Position numbers and translations under genes: made by a program. Positions 16,431 through 25,592 of a stretch of DNA of 34,252 bases are shown here, one piece after another (the first letter of the stretch is position 1; every line of letters begins with the position of its first letter). Where the stretch lies: positions 1 through 34,252 of the IMG/VR virus record IMGVR_UViG_3300017910_000107, one strand, 5' to 3'. A model generated the notes under the pieces. It saw only the letters and a program-made list of their open reading frames with translations, was not told the origin of the DNA and ran no database searches. Source of the DNA: a virus. Its lineage: Duplodnaviria; Caudoviricetes.

Positions 16431-18823
16431 TGAGCAAGCAACTTGATGCTGAGAAGAAGATGCTTGAGGCTGGACGGGAACGCTACTGGCGTAACTACCG
16501 AAAGTCACAAGCCGCTGGTATGGAAGCCAACACGCCTGTAGGACGCAGGCTCCTCGCTGAGTCAGTCACAAAGCTGACCAGAGGCATTGAGGAATGGAAA
16601 CGCCAAGCATCCAAAGCACCTGGAATACGACACCGTGCGTTGGATTACATCGAACAACTACAGCCCAAGGTTATCGCTGCGATCACCGCACGTTCAGTCA
16701 TTGATTCAATCAGTCACGGCAAGAAACTGACGCGATCCGCAATGACCGTGGCTCGTCTTCTTCAGGACGAACTGTTGTTCACAACGCTTCGCAAAGAAGA
16801 GCCGGACTTCTGGCGGTTGACTCAGATGAACCGTCAGCGTGCGATGAAGTCAGGACCGCAGTATCACTCGGACTTCATCAAACGTGCCGCCAAGCACTCG
16901 GACATCATGTTCCCCAAGTGGCCTCAGCGTGACTCCCTCGCTGTTGGTCTGGTCTGCGTGGAACTGATGCGTCAATACACCGGCATCATTGAGATCAATC
17001 AACGCCGTGGGTTTGATGGTAAGACCACCACGATTGTCCAGGCGACTGACGAAATGTTGGACTGGATGAAGAAGTCTCACAGCTTCAGCGAAGTCTTGAA
17101 CCCAGTGTTCATGCCAACGGTCGATACACCAATGGACTGGGATACGGTCTACTCCGGCGGTTACCACGGAGTCATGTGGAAGCCGAGACCTATGGTCAAG
17201 ACCCACGACAAAAGACTTCTGAATGAACTGCACGGCATTGAGATGCCTGAGGTCTTCGAGGCCATCAACATTGTTCAGAGAACTGGATGGAGCATGAACC
17301 CATTTATCTACGGGACTATGAAGATGGCCTGGGAAGATGGTGCGTCTTTGGGAGACCTACCGCCTGCTGAGGATGAACCACTGCCTGACAAGCCTGAGGA
17401 CATCGACACCAACAAAGATGCCCGCCGTGAATACTGCCGGATGGCTGCGTCGATTCACAAAGACAACGAGTCAAACCAAAGCAAGCGATTGCAACTGGTC
17501 AAGGCTCTCCAGCTTTGCGAAGAGTATGACGGAAAGACTATGGGGTTCCCCCATCAGTTTGACTTCAGGGGACGCATGTACCCCATGCCCTACTTCTTGC
17601 AACCACAGGGAACAAGTTGGGCGAAGTCTCTGCTGATGTTCAAGAACGGTGCGGAGATGAAGACCGAAGATGATGTGTCGTGGCTGGCGATTGCCGGAGC
17701 GAACCGGTGGGGGCACGACAAGAAGACTTTTGTTGAGCGGATCGAATGGGTTCACTCCAATACAGAATGGATCGAAGACTGTGCCAAAGACCCCCTCGGA
17801 TATACCCAGTGGACGAAAGCAGACGAACCGTGGGAGTTTCTCGCGTTCTGCGATGAATGGGCGAGGTTCAAAAGACAAGGCTTCGGCTTCATGTCGGCTC
17901 TGCCTTGTTCTCAAGATGGAACCTGCAACGGAATCCAAATCCTCAGCCTCGCAAGGCTAGACCCAATCGGAGCGTATGCAACGAACTGTATGCCCTGCGA
18001 CAGACCCCAGGACATCTACGGCATTGTCGCAGATAAGGTCGTGCAGAAGGTCATGCAGTCTACCCATGAGTTTGCCATTGGATGGCAGCAGTTGGAGATC
18101 AACAGGTCTCTGGTCAAACGCCCAGTGATGACTCTTCCGTATGGGGTGACGCTGTTCAAGGTCAAGCAGTACCTCTCGGATCACCTTCGGGTTGAAGTCA
18201 AGAAGGGCATGCACAATCCGTTTGGTGATGAGATCCGCAGGCCCACGGCTTGGCTGGGTGACATCGTGTGGGAGTGCATCAAGGAAACGGTGTCTGGAGC
18301 TGTGGAGATCATGGACTGGCTCAAGGAGTGCGTCAAGATTTCTATCGAGAACGACACCCCGCTTCGTTGGTTCACCTCTGACGGCTTCATGGTTCGCCAG
18401 GCTTATGAGTGCCTGGAACGCTACACCGTGAAGACCAGCATTGGTCAAGTGATTCGTCAGCAGCGGCTACGCTCCGAGACCGGAGAACTGTCGATGCGTC
18501 GGAACTTGAATGGGATCACTGCAAACTGGACTCACAGTTGGGACGGATGCGTCAATCGCTCATCAATCCGTACCGCCCACCACAATGGGGTGACAGAGGT
18601 TGGCAGTGTGCATGATTCTTTATCGACACCAGCACCGCATTGCGGTATTATGGCAGCAAGCATCCGCGAGGCTGCGATTGAAATCTTTAGTGATGACCCG
18701 TTGGAACGGTTCCGTCAGGGTCAACAAGCGATGCTCCCGCAAGGTATAGACCTGCCGGAGCCTCCCCAACGGGGGGATCTCGATATCAATGTCCTTCGAG
18801 ATGCCCCTTACTTTTTCAGTTGA
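16430..18823 (+). CDS. T7-like single-subunit DNA-dependent RNA polymerase
   Basis: DFRGRMYP, motif A QDGTCNGIQ, motif B RSLVKRPVMTLPYG, motif C VHDS, and C-terminal YFFS. Confidence 0.97.
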   Translation: MSKQLDAEKKMLEAGRERYWRNYRKSQAAGMEANTPVGRRLLAESVTKLTRGIEEWKRQASKAPGIRHRALDYIEQLQPKVIAAITARSVIDSISHGKKLTRSAMTVARLLQDELLFTTLRKEEPDFWRLTQMNRQRAMKSGPQYHSDFIKRAAKHSDIMFPKWPQRDSLAVGLVCVELMRQYTGIIEINQRRGFDGKTTTIVQATDEMLDWMKKSHSFSEVLNPVFMPTVDTPMDWDTVYSGGYHGVMWKPRPMVKTHDKRLLNELHGIEMPEVFEAINIVQRTGWSMNPFIYGTMKMAWEDGASLGDLPPAEDEPLPDKPEDIDTNKDARREYCRMAASIHKDNESNQSKRLQLVKALQLCEEYDGKTMGFPHQFDFRGRMYPMPYFLQPQGTSWAKSLLMFKNGAEMKTEDDVSWLAIAGANRWGHDKKTFVERIEWVHSNTEWIEDCAKDPLGYTQWTKADEPWEFLAFCDEWARFKRQGFGFMSALPCSQDGTCNGIQILSLARLDPIGAYATNCMPCDRPQDIYGIVADKVVQKVMQSTHEFAIGWQQLEINRSLVKRPVMTLPYGVTLFKVKQYLSDHLRVEVKKGMHNPFGDEIRRPTAWLGDIVWECIKETVSGAVEIMDWLKECVKISIENDTPLRWFTSDGFMVRQAYECLERYTVKTSIGQVIRQQRLRSETGELSMRRNLNGITANWTHSWDGCVNRSSIRTAHHNGVTEVGSVHDSLSTPAPHCGIMAASIREAAIEIFSDDPLERFRQGQQAMLPQGIDLPEPPQRGDLDINVLRDAPYFFS

Positions 18824-18843
18824 ATCCAAAGGAGGATTCCCAC

Positions 18844-19449
18844 ATGGACAGTGTTCGTCTTATTTCACCGTTTGGGACTGCGGTTTACCCGTGGCTCAAT
18901 GATCCCGACACTCGGTTTGAACCTGAAGGTGTCTACGCCTGCACGCTTCGTCTTTCTGCTGAGGATGCTGAACCGTTTGTCAAGGAACTTGAAAGCATCC
19001 ACAAGCAAGCGTATGCCTATCACTGCAAAGACCAAAAGAAGAAGCAGCTCAAGACTGCGGACTTGCCGGTCAAGCCTGTGATTGACGATGACACCGGAGA
19101 AGAGACCGGTGATGTTGAAGTCAAGTTCAAACTCCCTGCAAAGGTCACAACCAAAACAGGAAAGTCTTGGGAGCAACGCCCCAAGTTGTTTGACTCAGCA
19201 AACAAACCTGTTGAGGATCGAGTTGGCGGCGGGTCGGTGATTCGTATTTCAGCCGAGGTTCGTCCTTGGTTCGTCCCAACGATGGGCGTTGGCTTGACGC
19301 TTCGCATGAAGGCCGTTCAGGTTCAAGAGTTGAAGTCACCATCAATGGGTGGGGACTCTGCGTCCGATCACGGCTTCGACGAAGTTGAAGGCTTCAAGGC
19401 TGAGACCTTTGAGGCTTCGTCAGACAGCGACGATAACTTCGACTTCTGA
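18844..19449 (+). CDS. ssb: Single-stranded DNA-binding protein (T7 gp2.5-like)
   Basis: AAGGAGG SD. YPWLNDPDTRF, GGGS, GLTLRMKAVQV, and an acidic tail ending in F. Confidence 0.92.
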   Translation: MDSVRLISPFGTAVYPWLNDPDTRFEPEGVYACTLRLSAEDAEPFVKELESIHKQAYAYHCKDQKKKQLKTADLPVKPVIDDDTGEETGDVEVKFKLPAKVTTKTGKSWEQRPKLFDSANKPVEDRVGGGSVIRISAEVRPWFVPTMGVGLTLRMKAVQVQELKSPSMGGDSASDHGFDEVEGFKAETFEASSDSDDNFDF

Positions 19450-19823
19450 TGAAGATCACAATCCCTGTCCCGCCAGTCCCAGCTTCTCGTCCGCGAGTCA
19501 CACGCTGGGGTGTCTACTACGGAAAGAAATATACGAACTTCCGTAATCGACTCAAGGAATTGCTCCCAGACCTTCTGGTGGGCAGGGAGGATCTTCCCGT
19601 ATCTGGACCGATCTCTGTTCGCATCATCTTTCATTGCACCAAACCCAAGACCACCAAACTCAGTTCCCCACGGGGGGACATTGACAACTACCTCAAGGCG
19701 ATCTTGGATTCTTGCAACAAGTTGGTGTGGGACGATGACGATCAGATTGTCCGGATCAATGCGTGCAAGTTGTACGCGGATGGCTGCGAACCAAAGATAG
19801 AGATGTGGATTGATGACAAATGA
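19449..19823 (+). CDS. rusA: RusA-family Holliday junction resolvase
   Basis: PVPASRPRV and GDIDNYLKAILDS...WDDDDQIV RusA motifs. Confidence 0.88.
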   Translation: MKITIPVPPVPASRPRVTRWGVYYGKKYTNFRNRLKELLPDLLVGREDLPVSGPISVRIIFHCTKPKTTKLSSPRGDIDNYLKAILDSCNKLVWDDDDQIVRINACKLYADGCEPKIEMWIDDK

Positions 19824-21429
19824 ATCAGAGTTTTTAAGACACATACCATGCGAGACTTGCGGATCTTCGGACGGCAACTCTCTTTATTCAGACGGTCACA
19901 CATTCTGCTTCGTATGTGAGACTTGGAAGCCCGGAGACGGGCAGGAGGATACATTGATAACTGAAGCACCAACTAATAACAATCTCATTCAACATGACAT
20001 CCGACCGTTGAAGAAGCGGGGGATCAATGTTGAGACTTGCCAAAAGCTGCGATATGGGATTGGTGATTACCAAGGCCAACCGGTTCACGTTGCTGATTAC
20101 TGCGACGAGCGTGGGCATGTCGTTGCTCAAAAGGTTCGGTTCCCTGATAAGAACTTTGTCATGCTAGGTGAACCCAAGAAAGCTGGCCTCTGGTGTCAGC
20201 ACCTTTGGAAAGATGGTGGTCGCAAAGTCATCGTCACTGAAGGTGAGATCGACTGTCTGACCGTAAGTCAACTTCAAGGCAACAAGTGGCCTGTGGTATC
20301 TCTTCCATCAGGAGCTGCTGGAGCAAAGCGTTCCATCCAACGATCAATCGAGTGGTTGGAGAAATTTGATGAAGTGGTTTTCTGCTTCGACAACGATGAC
20401 CCCGGACGCAAAGCAGCAGAACAGTCTGCACTTCTCATGTCACCTGGCAAAGCGAAAGTCGTGACGCTGCCTCTCAAAGATGCAAGTGACATGATGGTCA
20501 GTGGCAAAAGCAAAGAACTGATGGATGCCATATGGCAAGCCAAGACGTTCCGACCTGATGGGATTGTTCCAGGCGATGAACTGTGGGAAATCCTCACCAC
20601 CAAAGATGACGTTGTGTCGGCCCCATACCCCTTTGAGGGGATGAACGACAAGACCGGCGGGATTCGTAAGCGAGAGCTGGTCACGTTCACTGCGGGGACT
20701 GGAATCGGTAAGTCAGCGTTCTGCCGTGAGATTGCCCATCATCTGCTGACCCTTGGTCACAAGGTTGGTTATATCGCTCTGGAGGAGTCCGTAAAGCGTA
20801 CAGCCCAAGGAATCCTCAGTATCGACCTAAACCTCCCAATCCATCGCTGTGATGATGTGGATGAGGGAAAAATGCAGGAAGCGTTCAAGAAGAACCTTGG
20901 ATCAGGCCGATGCTTTTTGTACGACCACTTCGGGTCGATTGATTGTGACTCATTACTGAGCCGTATCAAATATATGGCGGTGGGTCTTGGAGTGGACTTT
21001 GTGATCCTCGATCACTTGTCCATCGTTGTCTCAGGCTTGGATGGTGGCGACGAACGTAGGACGATTGACCAAGCGATGACCCGACTTCGTTCTTTGGTAG
21101 AACAAACGGGTATTGGAATGGTGCTTGTATCGCACCTAAGGAGGCCAGATGGCAAAGCGCATGAAGAAGGCGGACAAACCTCTCTCTCACAACTTCGTGG
21201 CAGTGCTGGTATCGCTCAACTGTCTGACATGGTTGTTGGCCTGGAGCGAGATCAGCAAGGCGAACATCCTAATATCACAACTGTCCGTATACTCAAGAAC
21301 AGATGGAGCGGTGATACCGGAGAAGCCTGTCACGTTCAATATGACAAGGACAGTGGAAGACTCACCGAAACCCACTCCGATTTTGCCGACACCGCCAGCT
21401 CCGGAGGATTTGACGATGTGCCCTTCTGA
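19813..21429 (+). CDS. DNA primase-helicase (T7 gp4-like)
   Basis: Zn finger CETCGSSD..CFVC, TOPRIM EGEID/FDND, Walker A GTGIGKS, LDHLSI, LRGS and KNR. Confidence 0.97.
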   Translation: MTNESEFLRHIPCETCGSSDGNSLYSDGHTFCFVCETWKPGDGQEDTLITEAPTNNNLIQHDIRPLKKRGINVETCQKLRYGIGDYQGQPVHVADYCDERGHVVAQKVRFPDKNFVMLGEPKKAGLWCQHLWKDGGRKVIVTEGEIDCLTVSQLQGNKWPVVSLPSGAAGAKRSIQRSIEWLEKFDEVVFCFDNDDPGRKAAEQSALLMSPGKAKVVTLPLKDASDMMVSGKSKELMDAIWQAKTFRPDGIVPGDELWEILTTKDDVVSAPYPFEGMNDKTGGIRKRELVTFTAGTGIGKSAFCREIAHHLLTLGHKVGYIALEESVKRTAQGILSIDLNLPIHRCDDVDEGKMQEAFKKNLGSGRCFLYDHFGSIDCDSLLSRIKYMAVGLGVDFVILDHLSIVVSGLDGGDERRTIDQAMTRLRSLVEQTGIGMVLVSHLRRPDGKAHEEGGQTSLSQLRGSAGIAQLSDMVVGLERDQQGEHPNITTVRILKNRWSGDTGEACHVQYDKDSGRLTETHSDFADTASSGGFDDVPF

Positions 21430-21823
21430 ACAAGAACTTTTCTTTAGTGCAATTCTGTTGGTCGAGACCGGCGGACACCCTGATCCTGACAATGCGATTG
21501 GCGCGGATGGCGAACTCGGTGCGTATCAAATCACTGAGCCTTACTGGAAAGATGCGGTCGAGCATCGTCCCGAACTTGTGGCAAACGGTGAGACATACCA
21601 GAATGTTCGTGACCGTGGTTACGCCAAAAAGGTTGTCATGTCTTACATTGACCGGTATGAGCCGGACAACTACGATATTGAAGCGTGGGCAAGACTTCAC
21701 AACTCCGGTCCAAACTGGAGAAACAAGATGCACCTTACTGATGAATACTGGGGTAAGGTCTTCGAGCATGTTGACAACTGGCAGCGTGATTACTGGAACG
21801 AGGCAGAAGCGAGGGTTCGATGA
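21416..21823 (+). CDS. Lysozyme-fold protein (i-type/destabilase- or SLT-like), probable endolysin
   Basis: GGAGG SD. AILLVETGG (catalytic E), GAYQIT..YW.DA, ARLHNSGP and YWGKV. Confidence 0.7.
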   Translation: MCPSEQELFFSAILLVETGGHPDPDNAIGADGELGAYQITEPYWKDAVEHRPELVANGETYQNVRDRGYAKKVVMSYIDRYEPDNYDIEAWARLHNSGPNWRNKMHLTDEYWGKVFEHVDNWQRDYWNEAEARVR

Positions 21824-23571
21824 ACTTAGCATTTGACATTGAAACCAACGCCATCGATAACTTCTGTGATCTTGAGGGTCTTCGTGAAATCCATTGCTTG
21901 GTGCTTCAATGCCTGGACACTGGGACGCAGTGGAGATACTCAAGTAACGCAGGCAACATCAAAGAAGGTTTGAATCGGCTACGCAATGCTGACATGATTG
22001 TTGGGCATAACATCATCAGTTTCGATATCCGAGCGATCAAGAAGCTGTACCCGCGTTGGGAATACAACGGGTGTGTCAGAGACACTCTGGTCATGGCTCG
22101 TTGCATCTACGCAAACCAGCGTGAGTTGGACTTTGGTTTCATCAACAACGGGTTCCCAAAGAATTTGATTGGATCGCATTCGCTCAAAGCATGGGGCCAC
22201 CGGATCGGTGCGTTGAAGGATGACTTTGGCGAGACCGCTGATTGGGAATCGTGGTCAATCGAGATGGAGGATTACTGTGCCCAGGACACTGCGGTCACTG
22301 CTCAACTTTACGGATACTTGATGAACATCGAGCCGAGCATTGACATGATTGATCTTGAACAAGACTTCCAGAAAATCTTGGTCGAGCAAGAGGAGTACGG
22401 GTTTCCATTCGACACGCACAGAGCAGAGCGTCTGTATTCCGAACTGGCATCCAAGAGAGATGACCTTGAGAAGTCGTTGAAGTCTTTGATTCCAGACAAG
22501 GTGATCGAGCGGGTGAGTGAGAAGACGGGACGCAAACTCAAGCCCAAGGTCATCGAGTTCAACCCCGCCTCCAGGCAGATGATCGCTGAGGCGTTGATTG
22601 AGAGATACGGGTGGAAGCCTGTAGAGTTCACGCCCAGCGGTCATCCCAAGGTTGATGAATCAATCTTGACCCAACTTGACTTCGACATCGTTGAACCGGT
22701 GGTGAAGTATCTCACCATCCAAAAGCGTATCGGGCAACTTGCCGAAGGCAAGGAAGCGTGGCTCAAGCTGGTGTCAAAGCAAGGCCGCATCCACGGGAGG
22801 ATCAACGGGTGTGGCACGGTCACGGGAAGATGCACCCACTCCAAACCAAACATCGCACAGGTTCCTGCCTCCGGTTCTCTTTGGGGTCCAGAGTGCAGGA
22901 GCCTTTTTCAAGCACCAGGCGGATGGACTCTGGTTGGTGCAGACGCATCGGGGTTGGAACTTCGGTGCTTGGCTCACTACATGCACAGATGGGATGAAGG
23001 TTCTTATGCAAAAGAAATTGTTCAGGGAGATATCCACACTGCTAACCAAAAGGCCGCTGGTCTACCAACTAGAGCAGATGCCAAAAAGTTCATCTATGCG
23101 TTCCTTTATGGGGCGGGTCACGAAAAGATTGGCTCGATTGTGGGCGGCGGTGTGGCTGAAGGTAAGGGACTTCAAGCAAAGTTTCTGAAGTCTCTTCCAG
23201 CTTTGCAAAGTCTCCGCAAAGCCATTGAGAACGGGATCAAGCACCGTGGGTATCTCATCGGTCTTGACGGCAGACGGTTGCCAATCCGTTCCAAACACTC
23301 TGCATTGAATACTCTGCTTCAGAGTGCCGGTGCAGTGATCATGAAGCAAGCCACGGTGGACTTGCATCGCAAACTCAGAACCAGAGGAATTGAATTCCAT
23401 CAGGTCGCACACATTCACGACGAAGTGCAGCTCGTAGTCAGAGAGGACGATAAGGATGTCGCAGGCTCAATCGCGGTTGATTCGATCAGGGAAGCGGGAC
23501 TCCCCTACAACTTCAAATGTCCCCTCGATGGCGAGTACCGTACTGGTAGGTCATGGGCTGAGACGCATTGA
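21820..23571 (+). CDS. Family A DNA polymerase (T7 gp5-like)
   Basis: Exonuclease motifs FDIET, GHNIISFD and YCAQD; polymerase motifs DASGLELR, RADAKKFIYAFLYG and HDE. Confidence 0.97.
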   Translation: MNLAFDIETNAIDNFCDLEGLREIHCLVLQCLDTGTQWRYSSNAGNIKEGLNRLRNADMIVGHNIISFDIRAIKKLYPRWEYNGCVRDTLVMARCIYANQRELDFGFINNGFPKNLIGSHSLKAWGHRIGALKDDFGETADWESWSIEMEDYCAQDTAVTAQLYGYLMNIEPSIDMIDLEQDFQKILVEQEEYGFPFDTHRAERLYSELASKRDDLEKSLKSLIPDKVIERVSEKTGRKLKPKVIEFNPASRQMIAEALIERYGWKPVEFTPSGHPKVDESILTQLDFDIVEPVVKYLTIQKRIGQLAEGKEAWLKLVSKQGRIHGRINGCGTVTGRCTHSKPNIAQVPASGSLWGPECRSLFQAPGGWTLVGADASGLELRCLAHYMHRWDEGSYAKEIVQGDIHTANQKAAGLPTRADAKKFIYAFLYGAGHEKIGSIVGGGVAEGKGLQAKFLKSLPALQSLRKAIENGIKHRGYLIGLDGRRLPIRSKHSALNTLLQSAGAVIMKQATVDLHRKLRTRGIEFHQVAHIHDEVQLVVREDDKDVAGSIAVDSIREAGLPYNFKCPLDGEYRTGRSWAETH

Positions 23572-23575
23572 GGAG

Positions 23576-24121
23576 ATGGCGTACTACGCTGGCATCATCG
23601 ACGGGGAAGGCTGTATCAGTTACTACAAATCGCTGGGTGTTTCGGTGGAAGGTCTGTATCCAAAGACTCTCATCGAAATGCACACAGTCTTTGGAGGCTC
23701 GGTATCGGAAATAAAAAGGGCCAACAAACGTCGTTACTATCGGTGGCGGATCTACGGTCAAGACGCAGCTCGATGCCTTCAAATGCTTTTGCCCTATCTT
23801 CGTGAAAAGAAAGAGCAAGCCGAAGTTGGCCTGGAAGCCATGTGTTATCCTAAGAACAGCGATAAGCGAAAGATGCTTACTGCTCATCTCAAGGCTCTGA
23901 AGAAAGTAGAACATGGACCAGAACCCACTCGACTTTGTGACAACGGAAACGCTGCTGGCGGTTCTCAAAAGCAGGCTGGATTCTCTGGTTGTGCTGGGAA
24001 CCAAAAAGATGACGGGGGAAGCGGACGATATGGTGATGGTCTTTCACGGATCTCTGGCGGAATGTCTTGGCCTGACAATGTTGTCACAGGAGATGCTGAA
24101 AGCGGGAGGACTGAGGGATGA
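23576..24121 (+). CDS. Free-standing single-motif LAGLIDADG endonuclease-like protein
   Basis: AYYAGIIDGEGCI motif, FGG, YRWRI and LLPYLREKKEQA. The C-terminal ~70 aa overlap the next gene. Start uncertain. Confidence 0.75.
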   Translation: MAYYAGIIDGEGCISYYKSLGVSVEGLYPKTLIEMHTVFGGSVSEIKRANKRRYYRWRIYGQDAARCLQMLLPYLREKKEQAEVGLEAMCYPKNSDKRKMLTAHLKALKKVEHGPEPTRLCDNGNAAGGSQKQAGFSGCAGNQKDDGGSGRYGDGLSRISGGMSWPDNVVTGDAESGRTEG

Positions 24122-24140
24122 CGAAGACGATATTGATTGA
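23913..24140 (+). CDS. Hypothetical protein (75 aa)
   Basis: Plausible globular sequence overlapping the LAGLIDADG tail and the exonuclease start. Confidence 0.55.
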   Translation: MDQNPLDFVTTETLLAVLKSRLDSLVVLGTKKMTGEADDMVMVFHGSLAECLGLTMLSQEMLKAGGLRDDEDDID

Positions 24141-24852
24141 TGCTGACATCGTTCTCTACCAGGCGTGCTGTGCTTGCGAAGTGGCGACCGACTGGGGCAA
24201 CGACATCTGGACTCTTGTTGCGGATGCGAAAGAGTGCAGGCAGCGGGTGGATGTGACCTTTGCTGATCTCAAGGAAGAACTCAAAGCTGATGAAGTGGTC
24301 ATCTGTCTGAGCGACACCGAGAACTGGCGAAAGTCTGTTTATCCGGCCTACAAATCAAACCGCAAAAAGACGCGAAAGCCTTTGATCTATCCTGAGGTCA
24401 AGCAGTATCTCCTCAAGGTGTACCGATCATTCATGTGGCCTCAACTGGAGGCTGACGATGTTCTTGGGATCTTGGCGACCAGCAACCGGTACGTCAAGGG
24501 AGAGAAGATCATTGTCTCTGAGGACAAAGACCTCAAGACAATACCTGGACTTCTCTACAACCCCGGTAAGCCGGAACTCGGCGTGGTTGAAATCACAAAG
24601 AAGGAAGCCGACCGTAACCACCTGATTCAATCCTTGGCTGGCGACCGAACTGACGGATACCCAGGCTGCCCAGGCGTTGGTCCCAAAGGTGCTGAGAAGG
24701 TCGTAGATGATGGGTGGGACGGTGTTGTTCAGGTGTATGAGAACGCTGGTATTACTGAGCAAGAAGCGTTGGTTCAAGCCCAAGTGGCGAGGATTCTTAG
24801 GGCCAACGAGTGGACTAAGACCAAGGGAGTAAAACTATGGCAACCAAAATGA
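24118..24852 (+). CDS. 5'-3' exonuclease (T7 gp6-like)
   Basis: LIDADI, YKSNRK, LEADD, DKDL and GDRTDGYPGCPGVG motifs. Confidence 0.95.
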   Translation: MTKTILIDADIVLYQACCACEVATDWGNDIWTLVADAKECRQRVDVTFADLKEELKADEVVICLSDTENWRKSVYPAYKSNRKKTRKPLIYPEVKQYLLKVYRSFMWPQLEADDVLGILATSNRYVKGEKIIVSEDKDLKTIPGLLYNPGKPELGVVEITKKEADRNHLIQSLAGDRTDGYPGCPGVGPKGAEKVVDDGWDGVVQVYENAGITEQEALVQAQVARILRANEWTKTKGVKLWQPK

Positions 24853-25178
24853 ATCGTGAGGAATACTTCGATTTCCACAAAAAACTATGCGAAGAGGCTT
24901 TGTCACTGTCCATCCGAAAGAACCATGATTATTCCGGCGGTCAGGACGGGGCCGACCCGTTCCTAAACTTCAAAGCTGTGGAACACATGGGAATGGGCGT
25001 GTCAACTGAACAGGGATTCTTGGTGCGTCTTGCTGATAAGATCCGTCGCCTCAGCGGTTTCTGTCGAACTGGTGAGTTCAAAGTGAGCGATGAATCCTTC
25101 AGGGATACCATCATTGACGGCATCAATTACCTTGCTTTGTTGGCGGCATACTACGAATCCAAAGAAAGAGAGGGCTAA
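24837..25178 (+). CDS. DUF1599 / nucleotide-modification-associated domain 1-like protein
   Basis: RKNHDY..DPF.NF...VRLADKIRRL...DESFRDTIIDGINY pattern. Confidence 0.7.
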   Translation: MATKMNREEYFDFHKKLCEEALSLSIRKNHDYSGGQDGADPFLNFKAVEHMGMGVSTEQGFLVRLADKIRRLSGFCRTGEFKVSDESFRDTIIDGINYLALLAAYYESKEREG

Positions 25179-25388
25179 ATGGCTTCCCCTATGAAGAACT
25201 TTCCTGAAGTCTCGAAAGCCCTTCTGGATGCTTTAGACAAGCGTTTCCCTGATCGTTGCCCGAATGAGGGCATGAATGATCGTGAAATCTGGATGGAAGT
25301 GGGATGTCGCCGCGTGGTGCGATTCTTGCAATCGGTGTATCAGGAGCAGAACGAAACGAGAATGGAGTCTTCTCTCGATGTGCATTAG
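25179..25388 (+). CDS. Conserved T7-like hypothetical protein (gp6.5-like position)
   Basis: LLDALDKRFPDRCP...REIW..G.RRVVRFL pattern. Confidence 0.7.
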   Translation: MASPMKNFPEVSKALLDALDKRFPDRCPNEGMNDREIWMEVGCRRVVRFLQSVYQEQNETRMESSLDVH

Positions 25389-25584
25389 TACGCCTGATAT
25401 CCCACCCCCACCTCCTCCACCCCCACCGGCCCCACCTCCTCCTCTTCCCCCCCAAGAGCGTGTGCGTGCTGCTGCCGGAGCTGGTCCGAAAACCCGTTCT
25501 CAATTACGCAGAACTGGCGCACGATCACTGCGAATCCCGTTGTCCGGTGCTGGCGGCGGTTCTGGCTTGAATGTGAGTTATTGA
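25378..25584 (+). CDS. Small Pro-rich virion/tail assembly protein (gp6.7/gp7.3-like)
   Basis: MC start, poly-Pro tract and G.RSLRIPL...SGLNV. Lies directly before the portal gene. Confidence 0.7.
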   Translation: MCISTPDIPPPPPPPPPAPPPPLPPQERVRAAAGAGPKTRSQLRRTGARSLRIPLSGAGGGSGLNVSY

Positions 25585-25592
25585 GGTACTAA

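Noticed and set aside
25400-25453. C-rich low-complexity tract
   Set aside because: It encodes the poly-proline segment of the small virion protein.
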